Positions 27,677 through 37,759 are shown, counted from the stretch's first letter. The stretch: 64,000 nt of DNA from Acidiferrobacterales bacterium (GCA_046758085.1 JBHHZP010000001.1:3471-67470); one strand, 5' to 3'. The notes: generated by a model not told the origin, from the letters alone. Translations and numbers: made by a program.

Positions 27677-28312
27677 ATGAGAGTACTCGCGTACAGCTTG
27701 GTTATTATGCTTTCCCTCGTCTCGATTCCGACCCAGGCCCAGTTCGAGCTTGGGAAACACTACGTGCAATTACCCCCGGGGTCGGTGGTGGAGACCGACG
27801 ACGGGATCGAGGTGCGCGAGTTCTTCTGGTACGGATGTCCGCATTGTTATCGGCTCGAGCCCTACCTCGAGCGTTGGCTGAAGACCAAACCCGATGATGT
27901 CGCCTATGTGCGCACGCCCGGCGTCGCGCGCAAGTGGATCCCGCATGCCCGTGCCTATTACACCTTCGAGGCCCTGGGGATTACCGAAAAGGTCCACCGG
28001 CCGTTCTTCGATGCCATACACAAGGGTGGTCAAAAGCTCAGCGACGAAGCCAGCATGGCGGCGTTCGTGGCCGCATATGGCGTCGATCAGGAGACCTTTC
28101 GCAAGGCCTTTAACTCTTTCGGCGTGAAGACCCAGGTGCAGAAGGCGAAGCAGTTGAACTTCCGCTATGGTATCGACTCCGTTCCAACCATCACCGTGGA
28201 TGGCAGATACAAGACCAATGTCCGCAGTGCCGGTGGGCCGGACCAGCTCATGCGGCTCATAAACTACCTCGTGGAGCAGTCGAAGCTCGAGCGTAAGAGC
28301 GCCAAGAACTGA
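27677..28312 (+). CDS. dsbA: Thiol:disulfide interchange protein DsbA, 211 aa
   Basis: It has a signal peptide and the active site FFWYGCPHCY in a thioredoxin fold with a helical insert. Confidence 0.9.
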   Translation: MRVLAYSLVIMLSLVSIPTQAQFELGKHYVQLPPGSVVETDDGIEVREFFWYGCPHCYRLEPYLERWLKTKPDDVAYVRTPGVARKWIPHARAYYTFEALGITEKVHRPFFDAIHKGGQKLSDEASMAAFVAAYGVDQETFRKAFNSFGVKTQVQKAKQLNFRYGIDSVPTITVDGRYKTNVRSAGGPDQLMRLINYLVEQSKLERKSAKN

Positions 28313-28565
28313 CACGCCGTTCTGATCCTGTCTATCCACATAGGATCGTGGGCCCGCGCAGCCCCGAGAACATGCGCCGGCGTGCCCCGCGGATTACGCT
28401 TATAGATGCCTGGATTCGACGCTTCGGGGCGCCGCTGCGCGGCGTTCCAAATCGTCCCCGACGATTTTGGTCAAATTTCTGGGTTTTATTAAACGGTCAG
28501 AGGTTCGAATCCTGGCGTTTGTAGCGATCGACAGGAGAGCCGCGGGTGGGGTGCTTATGGGGTGG

Positions 28566-28642
<77 letters not shown>

Positions 28643-28838
28643 GGGACGCAAGAGCATACGCGCCGAATCGGACAGCGTCCATCCTGCCCGGGGTGTTGGC
28701 GTCGCGTAACGGCGGCGCTCGATGCTGGGCGACTCGCGCTGGAATGGGATATACTTTGCGAGTATTCACATTTTCTTGGTGCCGTCCCCCGGTGGGGCGG
28801 GTGTCATAGTCGATTACATTCGGAGGACTCGTTCTGCG

Positions 28839-29351
28839 ATGAGCCACCCTAGCGATAGCGTATTCTGGAAAAATTTCGCCCTGCTAGTCGGGGCGCTGGT
28901 TACACTGACCTTCGTGCTTTTTGTTGTAGCTCAGATTATGGCTGCGAAGATCCCGCAAGAAGGCCTCGCCCAACTAAAAGACAAGGCTGCGCAGGAGCAG
29001 ACGGTGGCGAGCCGAATTCGACCGGCCGGACAGCTAAAGTTGGCTAGCGGCGCCGGCGGCGAGGTGATGAACGCGCTTATCCCCGCAGCCAACGCCGGCG
29101 GCGGCGGGGAGGCGACCTATAAGGCCACCTGTCAGGTCTGCCACTTAGCGGGTGTCGCCGGCGCGCCTAAGTACGGCGACAAGGCGGCCTGGAAGGATCG
29201 CATTGCCCAGGGCAAGCCCACGCTCTATGAGCACGCGCTCAAGGGCTACCAGGGAAAGGTCGGATTCATGCCGGCAAAAGGCGGTAATGCCAGCGTGAGT
29301 GATGTCGACGTCAAGGCAGCGGTGGACTTCATGGTGGAGGGTTCCCAGTAA
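28839..29351 (+). CDS. Membrane-anchored c-type cytochrome (cytochrome c5 family), about 170 aa
   Basis: ATG 28839 is preceded by ggagga. It has an N-terminal TM anchor, the heme motif CQVCH and distal MPAKGG. Confidence 0.8.
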   Translation: MSHPSDSVFWKNFALLVGALVTLTFVLFVVAQIMAAKIPQEGLAQLKDKAAQEQTVASRIRPAGQLKLASGAGGEVMNALIPAANAGGGGEATYKATCQVCHLAGVAGAPKYGDKAAWKDRIAQGKPTLYEHALKGYQGKVGFMPAKGGNASVSDVDVKAAVDFMVEGSQ

Positions 29352-29393
29352 CGGCTGGGCACAATATTGCTTTTCCTTTTCGAACTATCCCTG

Positions 29394-30914
29394 CTAAAAG
29401 CCGATGAGCTTGTCGCGATCCAGGCAGCGGTACTGAATCGCCTCGGCCAGATGCGTCTGCGCGATGTCGCCCGCGCCCCCCAGGTCGGCGATCGTGCGCG
29501 CGACCTTGAGCACCCGATGATAAGCGCGCGCGCTCAGCCCCAATCGTGCCATCGCCTGCTCGAGGAACGTGCGCGCCTCCTCATCGAGCGCACATACGGC
29601 TTCGATCTGCTTGTTGGTTAGCGCGTAATTCCCACAGCCGCTGCGATCGAGCGCGCGCTCGCGCGCCGCCTGGACCCGGCGCTGCACTGCGGTCGAGCTC
29701 TCCCCACGGCTTTCTTGCCGGCGCAGCAGTTGCTCGCGCGGCACCGCCGGCACCTCCACGTGCATGTCGATGCGATCGAGCAACGGCCCCGATACCTTGG
29801 AGCGGTAATTGAGCACGCGCTCAGGCGAGCAGTGGCAGCGTCCAGAGCTGTCGCCGAAGTAGCCGCAGGGGCACGGGTTCATGGCCGCCACGAGCTGAAA
29901 CCGCGCCGGGAACTCCACGTGCCGTGCCGCACGCGAAATATTTATAGTGCCGGATTCCAGCGGCTCACGCAGGACCTCCAGCACATGGCGGTTGAACTCC
30001 GGCAGCTCGTCGAGGAACAACGCGCCACCGTGCGCCAGCGAGATTTCCCCCGGCCGCGGGTAGCTGCCGCCGCCGACCAGCGCCACGGCCGAGGCGGTAT
30101 GATGCGGTGCCCGAAACGGGCGCCTTTTCCACATCGCAAGCGAGAACCCCTTACCGCCGACGGACTGGATGGCCGCCGCTTCCAGCGCCTCGTCATCGCT
30201 CATTGGCGGCAGGATGCCCGGCAGGCGGCTCGCGAGCATGGTTTTGCCGGTGCCCGGCGGGCCGATCAGCAACAGGCTGTGACCGCCGGCGGCGGCGATC
30301 TCCAGGGCGCGCTTGGCATGGTGCTGACCGACGATGTCGCTCAGGTCTGCGGCTTCCGGCAAGGTGTGCTCGCCCGGCTGGATCGCGTGTGGGCTGAGCG
30401 TGTTGCCGTTGGCTAGATGGGCCGTTACCTCGAGCAGATGGTCCGCGCCCATCACCATGACATCGGCCGCAAGCGCCGCCTCATCGGCGTTGGCAGCCGG
30501 CAGGATCAGCGCGCGGCGTGCTCTGCGCGATTGTAATGCCGCCGCCAGCGCGCCGCGCACGGGACGCAATGCTCCCGTGAGTGCGAGCTCACCGACGAAC
30601 TCGAACTTCTCGAGTGCCTTGGCTGGGACTTGGCCGGATGCGGCCAGGACGCCAAGGGCAATAGGCAGGTCGAAACGGCCGCCCTCCTTGGGCAGATCGG
30701 CCGGTGCGAGATTGATGGTGATGCGCCGCGCGGGAAACTCGAAGCGCGCATTCAGCAACGCGCTGCGAACGCGGTCTTTGCTTTCCTTAACCGCAGCCTC
30801 GGGCAGTCCCACGATCGAAAGGCTCGGCAGGCCATTGGCCAGGTGCACCTCGACAGTGACCTGAAGTGCGTCAATACCCACCTGCGCGCGGCTATGTACC
30901 ACGGCCAGCGTCAT
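29394..30914 (-). CDS. comM: Mg-chelatase-like ATPase ComM/YifB, 506 aa
   Basis: Lon-like N-terminal domain, AAA+ Walker A GPPGTGKT, Walker B LFLDELPEF, and a C-terminal Mg-chelatase subunit ChlI-like tail. Confidence 0.88.
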   Translation of the reverse strand: MTLAVVHSRAQVGIDALQVTVEVHLANGLPSLSIVGLPEAAVKESKDRVRSALLNARFEFPARRITINLAPADLPKEGGRFDLPIALGVLAASGQVPAKALEKFEFVGELALTGALRPVRGALAAALQSRRARRALILPAANADEAALAADVMVMGADHLLEVTAHLANGNTLSPHAIQPGEHTLPEAADLSDIVGQHHAKRALEIAAAGGHSLLLIGPPGTGKTMLASRLPGILPPMSDDEALEAAAIQSVGGKGFSLAMWKRRPFRAPHHTASAVALVGGGSYPRPGEISLAHGGALFLDELPEFNRHVLEVLREPLESGTINISRAARHVEFPARFQLVAAMNPCPCGYFGDSSGRCHCSPERVLNYRSKVSGPLLDRIDMHVEVPAVPREQLLRRQESRGESSTAVQRRVQAARERALDRSGCGNYALTNKQIEAVCALDEEARTFLEQAMARLGLSARAYHRVLKVARTIADLGGAGDIAQTHLAEAIQYRCLDRDKLIGF

Positions 30915-30950
30915 GGCACCCCCCTAGCGGAAGCCCTCGGGCTTATTGGC

Positions 30951-31193
30951 TTACTGTGATCCGTGCTGCTGTTCCAGTGCAGCGACCTTTTTTTCCAGCT
31001 CCTCCAGCTTCTGGCGCGTGCGCGCGAGCACGGCCTCTTGCACCTCCAGTTCCTCGCGTGTCACGAGGTCGAGACGTTCGAACGCGGACTGGAGTGCCGC
31101 ATTCATGTTCTTCCGTACGTCGTGCGTGAGCTGTTGCGGAAGAACACTGCTGATGGCGGCGGAAATCTGATCGAGGGTTTTCTGGCTCAACAT
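30951..31193 (-). CDS. ubiK: UbiK/YqiC (BMFP) family coiled-coil accessory factor, 80 aa
   Basis: The ERLDLVTREELEVQEAVLARTRQKLEELEKKVAALE coiled coil is typical of the family. It is divergent from glnK, as in many proteobacteria. Confidence 0.75.
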   Translation of the reverse strand: MLSQKTLDQISAAISSVLPQQLTHDVRKNMNAALQSAFERLDLVTREELEVQEAVLARTRQKLEELEKKVAALEQQHGSQ

Positions 31194-31389
31194 AGCCGTC
31201 GTCCTTGTGCGCGATTATAACAGAACAGTTTTGCACCCGCCCCGTTGCGTTGCGAGCCGACAAGCGCTCGCCGCGCAACGCACCATTGTAGCGCATGTCA
31301 CGGTGCCGAAGCGGCCATGTTGGTGCACGCCAAAACTCGCTGCGGCCGGTACGCGAGACAAGCGCTTGTTTTGGCGGGCATAAATTTTT

Positions 31390-31405
31390 TGGCACAAGAA
31401 CTGCA
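31390..31405 (+). promoter_or_regulatory. sigma54 (-24/-12) promoter TGGCAC-N5-CTGCA for glnK-amtB
   Basis: tggcacaagaactgca matches TGGCAC-N5-TTGCW in 15 of 16 informative positions, about 145 nt upstream of glnK. An NtrC-like site cgcaccattgtagcgca lies at 31277-31293. Confidence 0.7.
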
Positions 31406-31548
31406 ATAGCACTGCATGCGCCGCACTCGTGAGCCTGGCTGCACGGTCCATGGTCGAATGCGGCGTGGAGAGCAGCAATCCGTCGTAACCCGGGGGCCCC
31501 CGGCACGATGGTCGCTGCTGCAGGGTGGCGCAACCAGGAGGCAGGCAG

Positions 31549-31887
31549 ATGAAGTTAGTTACGGCAATCATCAAGCCCTTCAAGCTCGACGATGTGCGCG
31601 ATGCGCTGTCGACCGTGGGCGTGCGGGGCATAACGGTGACCGAGGTCAAGGGTTTCGGGCGCCAGAAAGGTCACACGGAGCTTTATCGCGGTGCCGAGTA
31701 CGTCGTGGATTTCTTGCCTAAGATCAAGCTCGACATCGCTGTTGACGATGATCTTCTCGACCTGGTGATCGAGGCGATTGGCGAGTCAGCCAGGACCGAA
31801 AAGATTGGCGACGGCAAGATCTTCGTGCTCGACCTCGAGCAGGCGATACGTATACGCACCGGCGAAACCGGCAAAGACGCGTTGTAG
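31549..31887 (+). CDS. glnK: Nitrogen regulatory protein P-II (GlnK), 112 aa
   Basis: [20 protein letters not shown] ... T-loop [17 protein letters not shown] aggagg lies 7 nt upstream. It is adjacent to amtB. Confidence 0.92.
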   Translation: MKLVTAIIKPFKLDDVRDALSTVGVRGITVTEVKGFGRQKGHTELYRGAEYVVDFLPKIKLDIAVDDDLLDLVIEAIGESARTEKIGDGKIFVLDLEQAIRIRTGETGKDAL

Positions 31888-31920
31888 ACGTTAGTCCAAC
31901 CAGACTGTGGAGATTTGAAC

Positions 31921-33228
31921 ATGATTAAGACACGCGCAAGAGTTCTCACCGCCCTGGTCCTGCTCGCGGCGGGCACCTTACCGAGCCTGGTGTCTGCCGA
32001 CGAAGGGTCGAGCCTGAATTCCGGTGATACCGCGTGGATGCTCACTGCGACAGCACTGGTCCTGTTCATGACCATACCTGGGCTCGCCCTGTTCTACGCG
32101 GGCATGGTGCGCGCCAAGAACGTGTTATCGGTGATGATGCAGTGTTTCGCCATCGCCTGCTTGATGACAATATTGTGGGCGTTGTACGGCTACAGCATAG
32201 CCTTCGGCGGCGAGGGCGCCTACTGGGGCGGACTGAGCAAAGCGTTTCTGATGGGCGTCAAGGTCGACACATTGAACGGCTCGATTCCTGAAACCGTCTT
32301 CATGACTTTTCAGATGACCTTTGCCATCATCACGCCCGCGCTGATCGTCGGTGCCTTCGCCGAGCGTATGAAGTTCTCGGCCATGCTCTGGTTCATGGCT
32401 ATCTGGCTGACTGTTGTTTATGCGCCTATCGCTCACTGGGTGTGGGGTGAGGGCGGCTGGCTAGGGGACCGGGGTATTCTGGATTTCGCAGGCGGCACGG
32501 TGGTACATATCAATGCCGGCACAGCTGGTCTTATGGCCGCCCTCGTATTGGGCCCGCGCAAAGGCTATCCGCGAACGGCTATGCCGCCGCACAACCTCGG
32601 GTTAACGCTGATCGGGGCATCGATGCTGTGGGTCGGCTGGTTCGGGTTCAACGCCGGCAGCGAGCTGGCCGCCGATGGCGTCGCCGGGATGGCGATGGCC
32701 GTAACGCAGATTGCGACTGCCACGGCTGCGCTGGCGTGGATGTTCTCGGAGTGGGTGAGCCACGGCAAGCCGAGCGTGCTGGGAATTGCCTCCGGTGCGG
32801 TCGCGGGCCTAGTCGCTATTACGCCGGCCTCGGGCTCCGTCGGGCCCATGGGGGCGCTCGTGATCGGCGCGGCCGCCGGTGTCGGCGCTTTCCTGGCCTC
32901 CACCCGCATTAAGCGCGCGCTCGGCTATGATGACTCGCTCGACGTCTTTGGCGTTCACGCCGTCGGCGGAATCATCGGGGCGTTGTCGACCGGCGTGTTT
33001 GCCGCCACCGCACTCGGGGGCGCCGGCTTCGGTGACGGCATCGACGGCATCGCTGCGCAGGTCGGCGTGCAGTTCATCGGGGTCATCGCCACCGTTGTCT
33101 ACACCGGTGTGGTGAGCCTCATCATATTGAAGGGGCTGGATCTGATAATGGGACTGCGCATAACCGAGGAACAGGAGAGCGAGGGCATCGATCTTGCCCT
33201 GCACGACGAAAAGGGATACAACTGGTAG
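31921..33228 (+). CDS. amtB: Ammonium transporter AmtB, about 435 aa
   Basis: Signal peptide and the Amt/MEP signature (DFAGGTVVHINAG, twin-His region). ATG 31921 is preceded by gtggaga. Confidence 0.92.
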   Translation: MIKTRARVLTALVLLAAGTLPSLVSADEGSSLNSGDTAWMLTATALVLFMTIPGLALFYAGMVRAKNVLSVMMQCFAIACLMTILWALYGYSIAFGGEGAYWGGLSKAFLMGVKVDTLNGSIPETVFMTFQMTFAIITPALIVGAFAERMKFSAMLWFMAIWLTVVYAPIAHWVWGEGGWLGDRGILDFAGGTVVHINAGTAGLMAALVLGPRKGYPRTAMPPHNLGLTLIGASMLWVGWFGFNAGSELAADGVAGMAMAVTQIATATAALAWMFSEWVSHGKPSVLGIASGAVAGLVAITPASGSVGPMGALVIGAAAGVGAFLASTRIKRALGYDDSLDVFGVHAVGGIIGALSTGVFAATALGGAGFGDGIDGIAAQVGVQFIGVIATVVYTGVVSLIILKGLDLIMGLRITEEQESEGIDLALHDEKGYNW

Positions 33229-33251
33229 GAAAATTTACGTGGTTGTTGGAT

Positions 33252-33283
33252 AGGCGGGCACCCTAGTGCCCGCCTTTTTGTTT
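33252..33283 (+). terminator. Rho-independent terminator after amtB
   Basis: Perfect 10-bp stem aggcgggcac/gtgcccgcct with loop ccta, followed by tttttgttt. Confidence 0.85.
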
Positions 33284-33316
33284 ACGCGCGCAGCGCCGCC
33301 ATGCGGTCGCCGGTGT

Positions 33317-34744
33317 CTACATCGCGAGCCCGAGCAAAGGCTGCTTCAGCGGTTTATTGTTGACCAGCACACGACCACTAAGGAACGATGCGCTGATCTT
33401 GTAGTGCGAGCCAGCCGGGATAAGATGCTTGGTGAAGCTATTTCTTGACAAGTACGAAGGATAGGCCTGGTCAACGATCTTGGCCATGACGCTCGGCGTG
33501 AGCTGGGCCGCCTCGCGTGGGGTGAGCAGACCCCTCTTCTTATAGACCTCGACATCTTGCCGAATCTGTGGCGCCAGAATGGCCTTGACCATGCTCGGCG
33601 GAATCGAAAGCTTGGCGCTACCCTGCAGCGCGGTCACGAGCAACATGAGGTTTTGCCCAACGTCCACGTTGCTGCCATCCAGCACCAGCTTGGCTGTGCC
33701 CGTCAGCTCGCCCTCACCGGAGCTGAAGTTCAGGTTGGTGATCTCGATCTCCGGGGCGTTTTTCGACAGCTTGGCAAAGAGCTTCATGGTTTCGGCGGCC
33801 ACCATCATCGACGCTTGCTCTTGCGGCAACGCACGCTTGGAAATCTGACTGACCTTTTGCTCGTATTGGCGCAGCGTCTTGATGTTGAGCTTGCGCACTA
33901 CAAGCGTCATGTGCCCGGGACCGTATGTGCGTTCACCGACTTTTATGCCTTTGACCCGGTACTTGACGGTTGTACTAAGGTTCTTGCCCGCGGGCTTTGA
34001 GGCGCTGCTAAAACGCAGCCCACTGATTTTGATATCGTCACCGAGCTCGAACTTTCCTATTTGCAGAGTGCTGTTGCCGAACATCATGCCGCCGGTGCCC
34101 GCCCTCGCGTCGGATCGGAAGCTGATCTTCTTGATGGCGACCTTGCCGCTCTTCTCAAGCGACATCATCACGCCCGGTGAGCGCAGGTCGATATTGATGC
34201 TCTGCCCTCCCTGTCTGAGCCGAATACTCCCGGTCAAGCCGCGCCAATTAAAACTACTACCGCCCGACTTCCCCTTATTTCGGCTCGCTAAAACGCTAAG
34301 CGCGGTGTCGGCATTTCCGTTAAAGCTGACCACCGTATCGGCCTTAATGACGGATCCCTGCTTGATGAATGCCTTGGCCAAGTCTGAACCGGTACCTTTC
34401 TTTGCGACCATACTGACCTGGGTGTTCACGAACGCCAATGCCGGTGTGAGCTGCAGCTCACCTTGCAGTATCCGGCTGATCGCAATCGGCCCATGTTCGA
34501 TCTCGCTGGTCAGCCTAAAGCCGAACGGCACGCGCGGCATCTGAATCGTGGTTTCGGAGCTCGAGCTAAGCCAGCCGCGCTCGTAACGCTTGGTAGTGAA
34601 TGCGGCGGTGCTGTTGGCGGACATCTGCTGCACCATTTCGGTGTAGGCTTTTTCCATCTGCATGCCGAACCAGAATGGCGCGGCGCCCGCAGCCACTACA
34701 AGCAGGAGCAAGACAACGCCGAGAGCTATTCCAATCTTTTTCAT
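33317..34744 (-). CDS. YdgA-like (DUF945) periplasmic/membrane-anchored protein, about 475 aa
   Basis: N-terminal anchor MKKIGIALGVVLLLLVVAAGAAPFWFG and a long beta-rich body. ATG 34744 is preceded by gggg. Family recalled from memory. Confidence 0.6.
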   Translation of the reverse strand: MKKIGIALGVVLLLLVVAAGAAPFWFGMQMEKAYTEMVQQMSANSTAAFTTKRYERGWLSSSSETTIQMPRVPFGFRLTSEIEHGPIAISRILQGELQLTPALAFVNTQVSMVAKKGTGSDLAKAFIKQGSVIKADTVVSFNGNADTALSVLASRNKGKSGGSSFNWRGLTGSIRLRQGGQSINIDLRSPGVMMSLEKSGKVAIKKISFRSDARAGTGGMMFGNSTLQIGKFELGDDIKISGLRFSSASKPAGKNLSTTVKYRVKGIKVGERTYGPGHMTLVVRKLNIKTLRQYEQKVSQISKRALPQEQASMMVAAETMKLFAKLSKNAPEIEITNLNFSSGEGELTGTAKLVLDGSNVDVGQNLMLLVTALQGSAKLSIPPSMVKAILAPQIRQDVEVYKKRGLLTPREAAQLTPSVMAKIVDQAYPSYLSRNSFTKHLIPAGSHYKISASFLSGRVLVNNKPLKQPLLGLAM

Positions 34745-34876
34745 GCTTTTCCCCAAGGTGGGTTCAACTCGTGTCTCCTGGTTAAGTATAGGAAATCTGA
34801 TGCAAGTTACAGCCCTGGGATGGGCCGGCCGGGCGCAATCTCGCTACCGACCCCTGCCGGGTGAGAACGCGGCGGG

Positions 34877-35728
34877 CTAGCCCACAGCCTCAAGGAAAAA
34901 TGTGGGGGCCACCATCGCCGCCTTGTGGATCGAGTGATTATAGTAGCGCGTGGGAAACGTCTTCTGCGCGGCCGCGTGCTCGCGATAGCTGATTCCCGGA
35001 ATTTTCTTGCACGCCAGGGTGGCGGTCCACCACCCCGAGGGGTAGGTGCACTGCGGGAAATGAAGGCTCGCCACCTCCGGGAAGCCGGCGGCGGCCATGG
35101 CGCTACGCATGTTTTTGATCAGATCGAGGTGGTACAGCGGTGATTCGCTTTGTGCCACTACCACGCCGTGCGCCCCGAGAGCCTTGAAGCAGCCGGCATA
35201 GAATGCCTGTGAGTACAGCCCAGCCGCCGGTCCAACCGGATCGGTGGAGTCGATAATAATGACGTCATAGCTCTCCGGAGCGGCGCCGGTGACCCATTTG
35301 ATCCCGTCGGTGAAATGGAAGCGCGCCCGCGAATCATTGTTTGCCTCACACAGTTCGGGGAAAAAACGTTCCGCTACGCGGGTGACGCGTTCATCGATCT
35401 CGACCATTTCGACGGTTTGCAAGTCCGCATGCCGCAATGCCTCTCTCAGCGTGCCACAGTCACCGCCACCGATCACCAGTACCCGTCGTGGTTGCGGGTG
35501 CGTGAACAAGGCCGGGTGGACCAACATTTCGTGATAAATGAAGTTGTCGCGGTCGGTAAGCATAACCAGACCATCCAGTGTCATGAGGGTGCCGAAGAAT
35601 TCGGTTTCGTAGACTTCAATTAGCTGGTATGGCGTCTGTTCCTCGTACACCTTTTCTTTGAGTTTCATCGAAAACGCAGACCCCCCCTCGGGACATTCCT
35701 CGGTGTACCAGCTGTTATCGATCGTCAT
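34877..35728 (-). CDS. speE: Spermidine synthase (polyamine aminopropyltransferase), 283 aa
   Basis: YHEMLVHP ... VLVIGGGDCGTLRE ... DVIIIDSTDPVGPA motifs are present. Confidence 0.9.
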   Translation of the reverse strand: MTIDNSWYTEECPEGGSAFSMKLKEKVYEEQTPYQLIEVYETEFFGTLMTLDGLVMLTDRDNFIYHEMLVHPALFTHPQPRRVLVIGGGDCGTLREALRHADLQTVEMVEIDERVTRVAERFFPELCEANNDSRARFHFTDGIKWVTGAAPESYDVIIIDSTDPVGPAAGLYSQAFYAGCFKALGAHGVVVAQSESPLYHLDLIKNMRSAMAAAGFPEVASLHFPQCTYPSGWWTATLACKKIPGISYREHAAAQKTFPTRYYNHSIHKAAMVAPTFFLEAVG

Positions 35729-35759
35729 GACATTTACTCCGCAGATTCAGATGCAATCG

Positions 35760-35858
35760 GCAAGATACAAGATACAAGTCGCCCCGGGCAAGCAGCGCTT
35801 ACGTTCCTTTCTTGGTCGTAATATCTCATAATCTGGCATCTTTAATCTTGGATCTTGC
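35760..35858. promoter_or_regulatory. 13/14 inverted repeat (gcaagatacaagat / atcttggatcttgc) in the speE-speA divergent region
   Basis: Arms lie at 35760-35773 and 35845-35858, and each arm is a doublet of the hexamer CAAGAT/ATCTTG. The right arm ends 12 nt before the speA ATG. Confidence 0.45.
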
Positions 35859-35869
35859 ATCTGTCTTTC

Positions 35870-37759
35870 ATGAGCGACTGGGATATCGACAAGGCACGCC
35901 GGCTTTATAACGTAGCCCGCTGGAGTGGCGGATATTTTGACATAAACTCGCACGGCAATCTGGTCGCTCGGCCCACCGGGCGCGACGACGGGCCTGAGAT
36001 CGACCTTTACCTGCTTAACGATGACATCAAGGCACGAGGGCTCACCTTGCCGGCCCTGGTGCGCTTTTCCGGCATCTTGCATGATCGCGTGCGACAGCTC
36101 AACGAGGCTTTCACCCGGGCCATGACGGCTGACGACTACCGCGGCCACTTTAGCCCCGTCTATCCGATCAAGGTAAATCAACAACGCAGTGTGATCGCCG
36201 AGATCCTGCGTCACGAAAATAACGGCGTCGGCCTTGAAGCGGGCAGCAAGCCGGAGCTGATGGTGGTGCTGGCGCAGTCGTATTCTCGTGGCGTCATTGT
36301 CTGTAATGGTTACAAAGACAGGGAGTACATTCGCCTGGCGCTTATCGGTAAGCAACTGGGTCACGAGGTCTACATTGTCGTGGAGAAACTTAACGAGCTG
36401 GACCTTATCGTGGAGGAGTCGCGCGCACTCGGCGTTGAGCCATTAATCGGGGTGCGCGTGCGATTGGCATCACTCGGCGCGGGCAAGTGGCAAAATACCG
36501 GCGGTGAGAAATCCAAGTTTGGCCTATCGGCAGCCGAGCTGTTGCGTGTTGTGCAACACCTGCGTGACGCGGGCATGCTGGACGCGTTGCAAATGATGCA
36601 CTTTCACATGGGTTCGCAGATACCCAATATCGGACACATACAGGTCGGTATGCGCGAGGCGGCGCGTTACTACGCGGCACTACGCGAGCTGGGTGTAGCT
36701 ATTCGGTGCGTTAACGTAGGCGGTGGCCTCGGTGTGGATTATGAGGGGTCCCGTTCCAGAAGCTTTTGCTCCATGAATTACAGCGTGCAGGAGTACGCCA
36801 ATAACATCGTGCACGCACTGTGGGAGATCTGCAGCGCGCACGGCCTGCCACATCCTGACCTCATCTCGGAGTCGGGTCGGGCAATGACCGCACACCACGC
36901 GCTGCTGATCACCAATGTCGTCGATGTGGAACGTTCCCCGCATGCGCAGTTTATGGAGGCGCCGGGACCAGGCGAAGCCCAGATCATTTGCGACATGTGG
37001 GAGGGGCTCCAGAGTCTGGGCGAGCGCGCCCCGATCGAGGTCTACCACGATGCCGTCTACCGGCTGTCCGAGGCGCAGGCCATGTTCAGTCACGGTGAGC
37101 TCACGCTCTCGCAGCGCGCCTGCGCCGAGCAGATCTGCTATGCGACTTTTGAGAAAGTACGTGAGCAGCTGCAGCCCGCGCTGAAGGCGCACCGCGAGGT
37201 CCTTGATGAGTTGAGCGAAAAGCTGGCGGACAAGTACTTTTGCAACTTTTCGTTGTTCCAGTCGATCCCGGATGTATGGGCGATCGATCAGATATTTCCC
37301 GTCATGCCATTGCACCGCCTTCACGAGCGCCCGACACGGCACGCTGTACTGCGGGACATCACCTGCGATTCGGACGGTCGCGTGGACCTGTATGTCAACG
37401 CTGAAGGCGTGGGGCCGGTTTTGCCTTTGCATGCCGTTGACGGCAAGGCCCCCTATCTATTGGGTATCTTCCTGGTTGGCGCCTATCAGGAGATACTGGG
37501 TGACATGCACAATCTTTTCGGCGATACAGCCTCGGTGCACGTCGAACTGTTAGCGGATGGAGGCTGTCAACTGGAGCAACCCCTACGTGGAGACGATGTC
37601 AGCTCGGTTCTGCGCTACGTGCACTTCCTCCCGGAAGAGTTGCTTGCGGACTATCGCCGAAAAACCGAGCAGGCCTCGTGGTTGAGCAAGGCAGAAAGAC
37701 AGACCTGCCTGAGCATCCTGGTGTCGGGCCTGCAGGGCTATACCTATCTGGAAGACTAA
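35870..37759 (+). CDS. speA: Biosynthetic arginine decarboxylase, about 629 aa
   Basis: PLP-dependent group IV decarboxylase; YPIKVNQQ contains the PLP lysine. N-terminus W.IDKARRLYNV.RWS.GYF is typical of SpeA. Confidence 0.9.
   Translation: MSDWDIDKARRLYNVARWSGGYFDINSHGNLVARPTGRDDGPEIDLYLLNDDIKARGLTLPALVRFSGILHDRVRQLNEAFTRAMTADDYRGHFSPVYPIKVNQQRSVIAEILRHENNGVGLEAGSKPELMVVLAQSYSRGVIVCNGYKDREYIRLALIGKQLGHEVYIVVEKLNELDLIVEESRALGVEPLIGVRVRLASLGAGKWQNTGGEKSKFGLSAAELLRVVQHLRDAGMLDALQMMHFHMGSQIPNIGHIQVGMREAARYYAALRELGVAIRCVNVGGGLGVDYEGSRSRSFCSMNYSVQEYANNIVHALWEICSAHGLPHPDLISESGRAMTAHHALLITNVVDVERSPHAQFMEAPGPGEAQIICDMWEGLQSLGERAPIEVYHDAVYRLSEAQAMFSHGELTLSQRACAEQICYATFEKVREQLQPALKAHREVLDELSEKLADKYFCNFSLFQSIPDVWAIDQIFPVMPLHRLHERPTRHAVLRDITCDSDGRVDLYVNAEGVGPVLPLHAVDGKAPYLLGIFLVGAYQEILGDMHNLFGDTASVHVELLADGGCQLEQPLRGDDVSSVLRYVHFLPEELLADYRRKTEQASWLSKAERQTCLSILVSGLQGYTYLED

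Noticed and set aside
28409-28420. ctggattcgacg, identical to a 12-mer I recall from the 5' end of E. coli tmRNA
   Set aside because: There is no GGGG acceptor start, no tag reading frame, no pseudoknots and no 3' tRNA-like end with CCA nearby. It is more simply explained as a T-loop-like fragment.
35747-36364. 205-aa minus-strand ORF overlapping the speA 5' end
   Set aside because: It is antisense to speA, which has the PLP-lysine motif, and it would run through the speE-speA control region.
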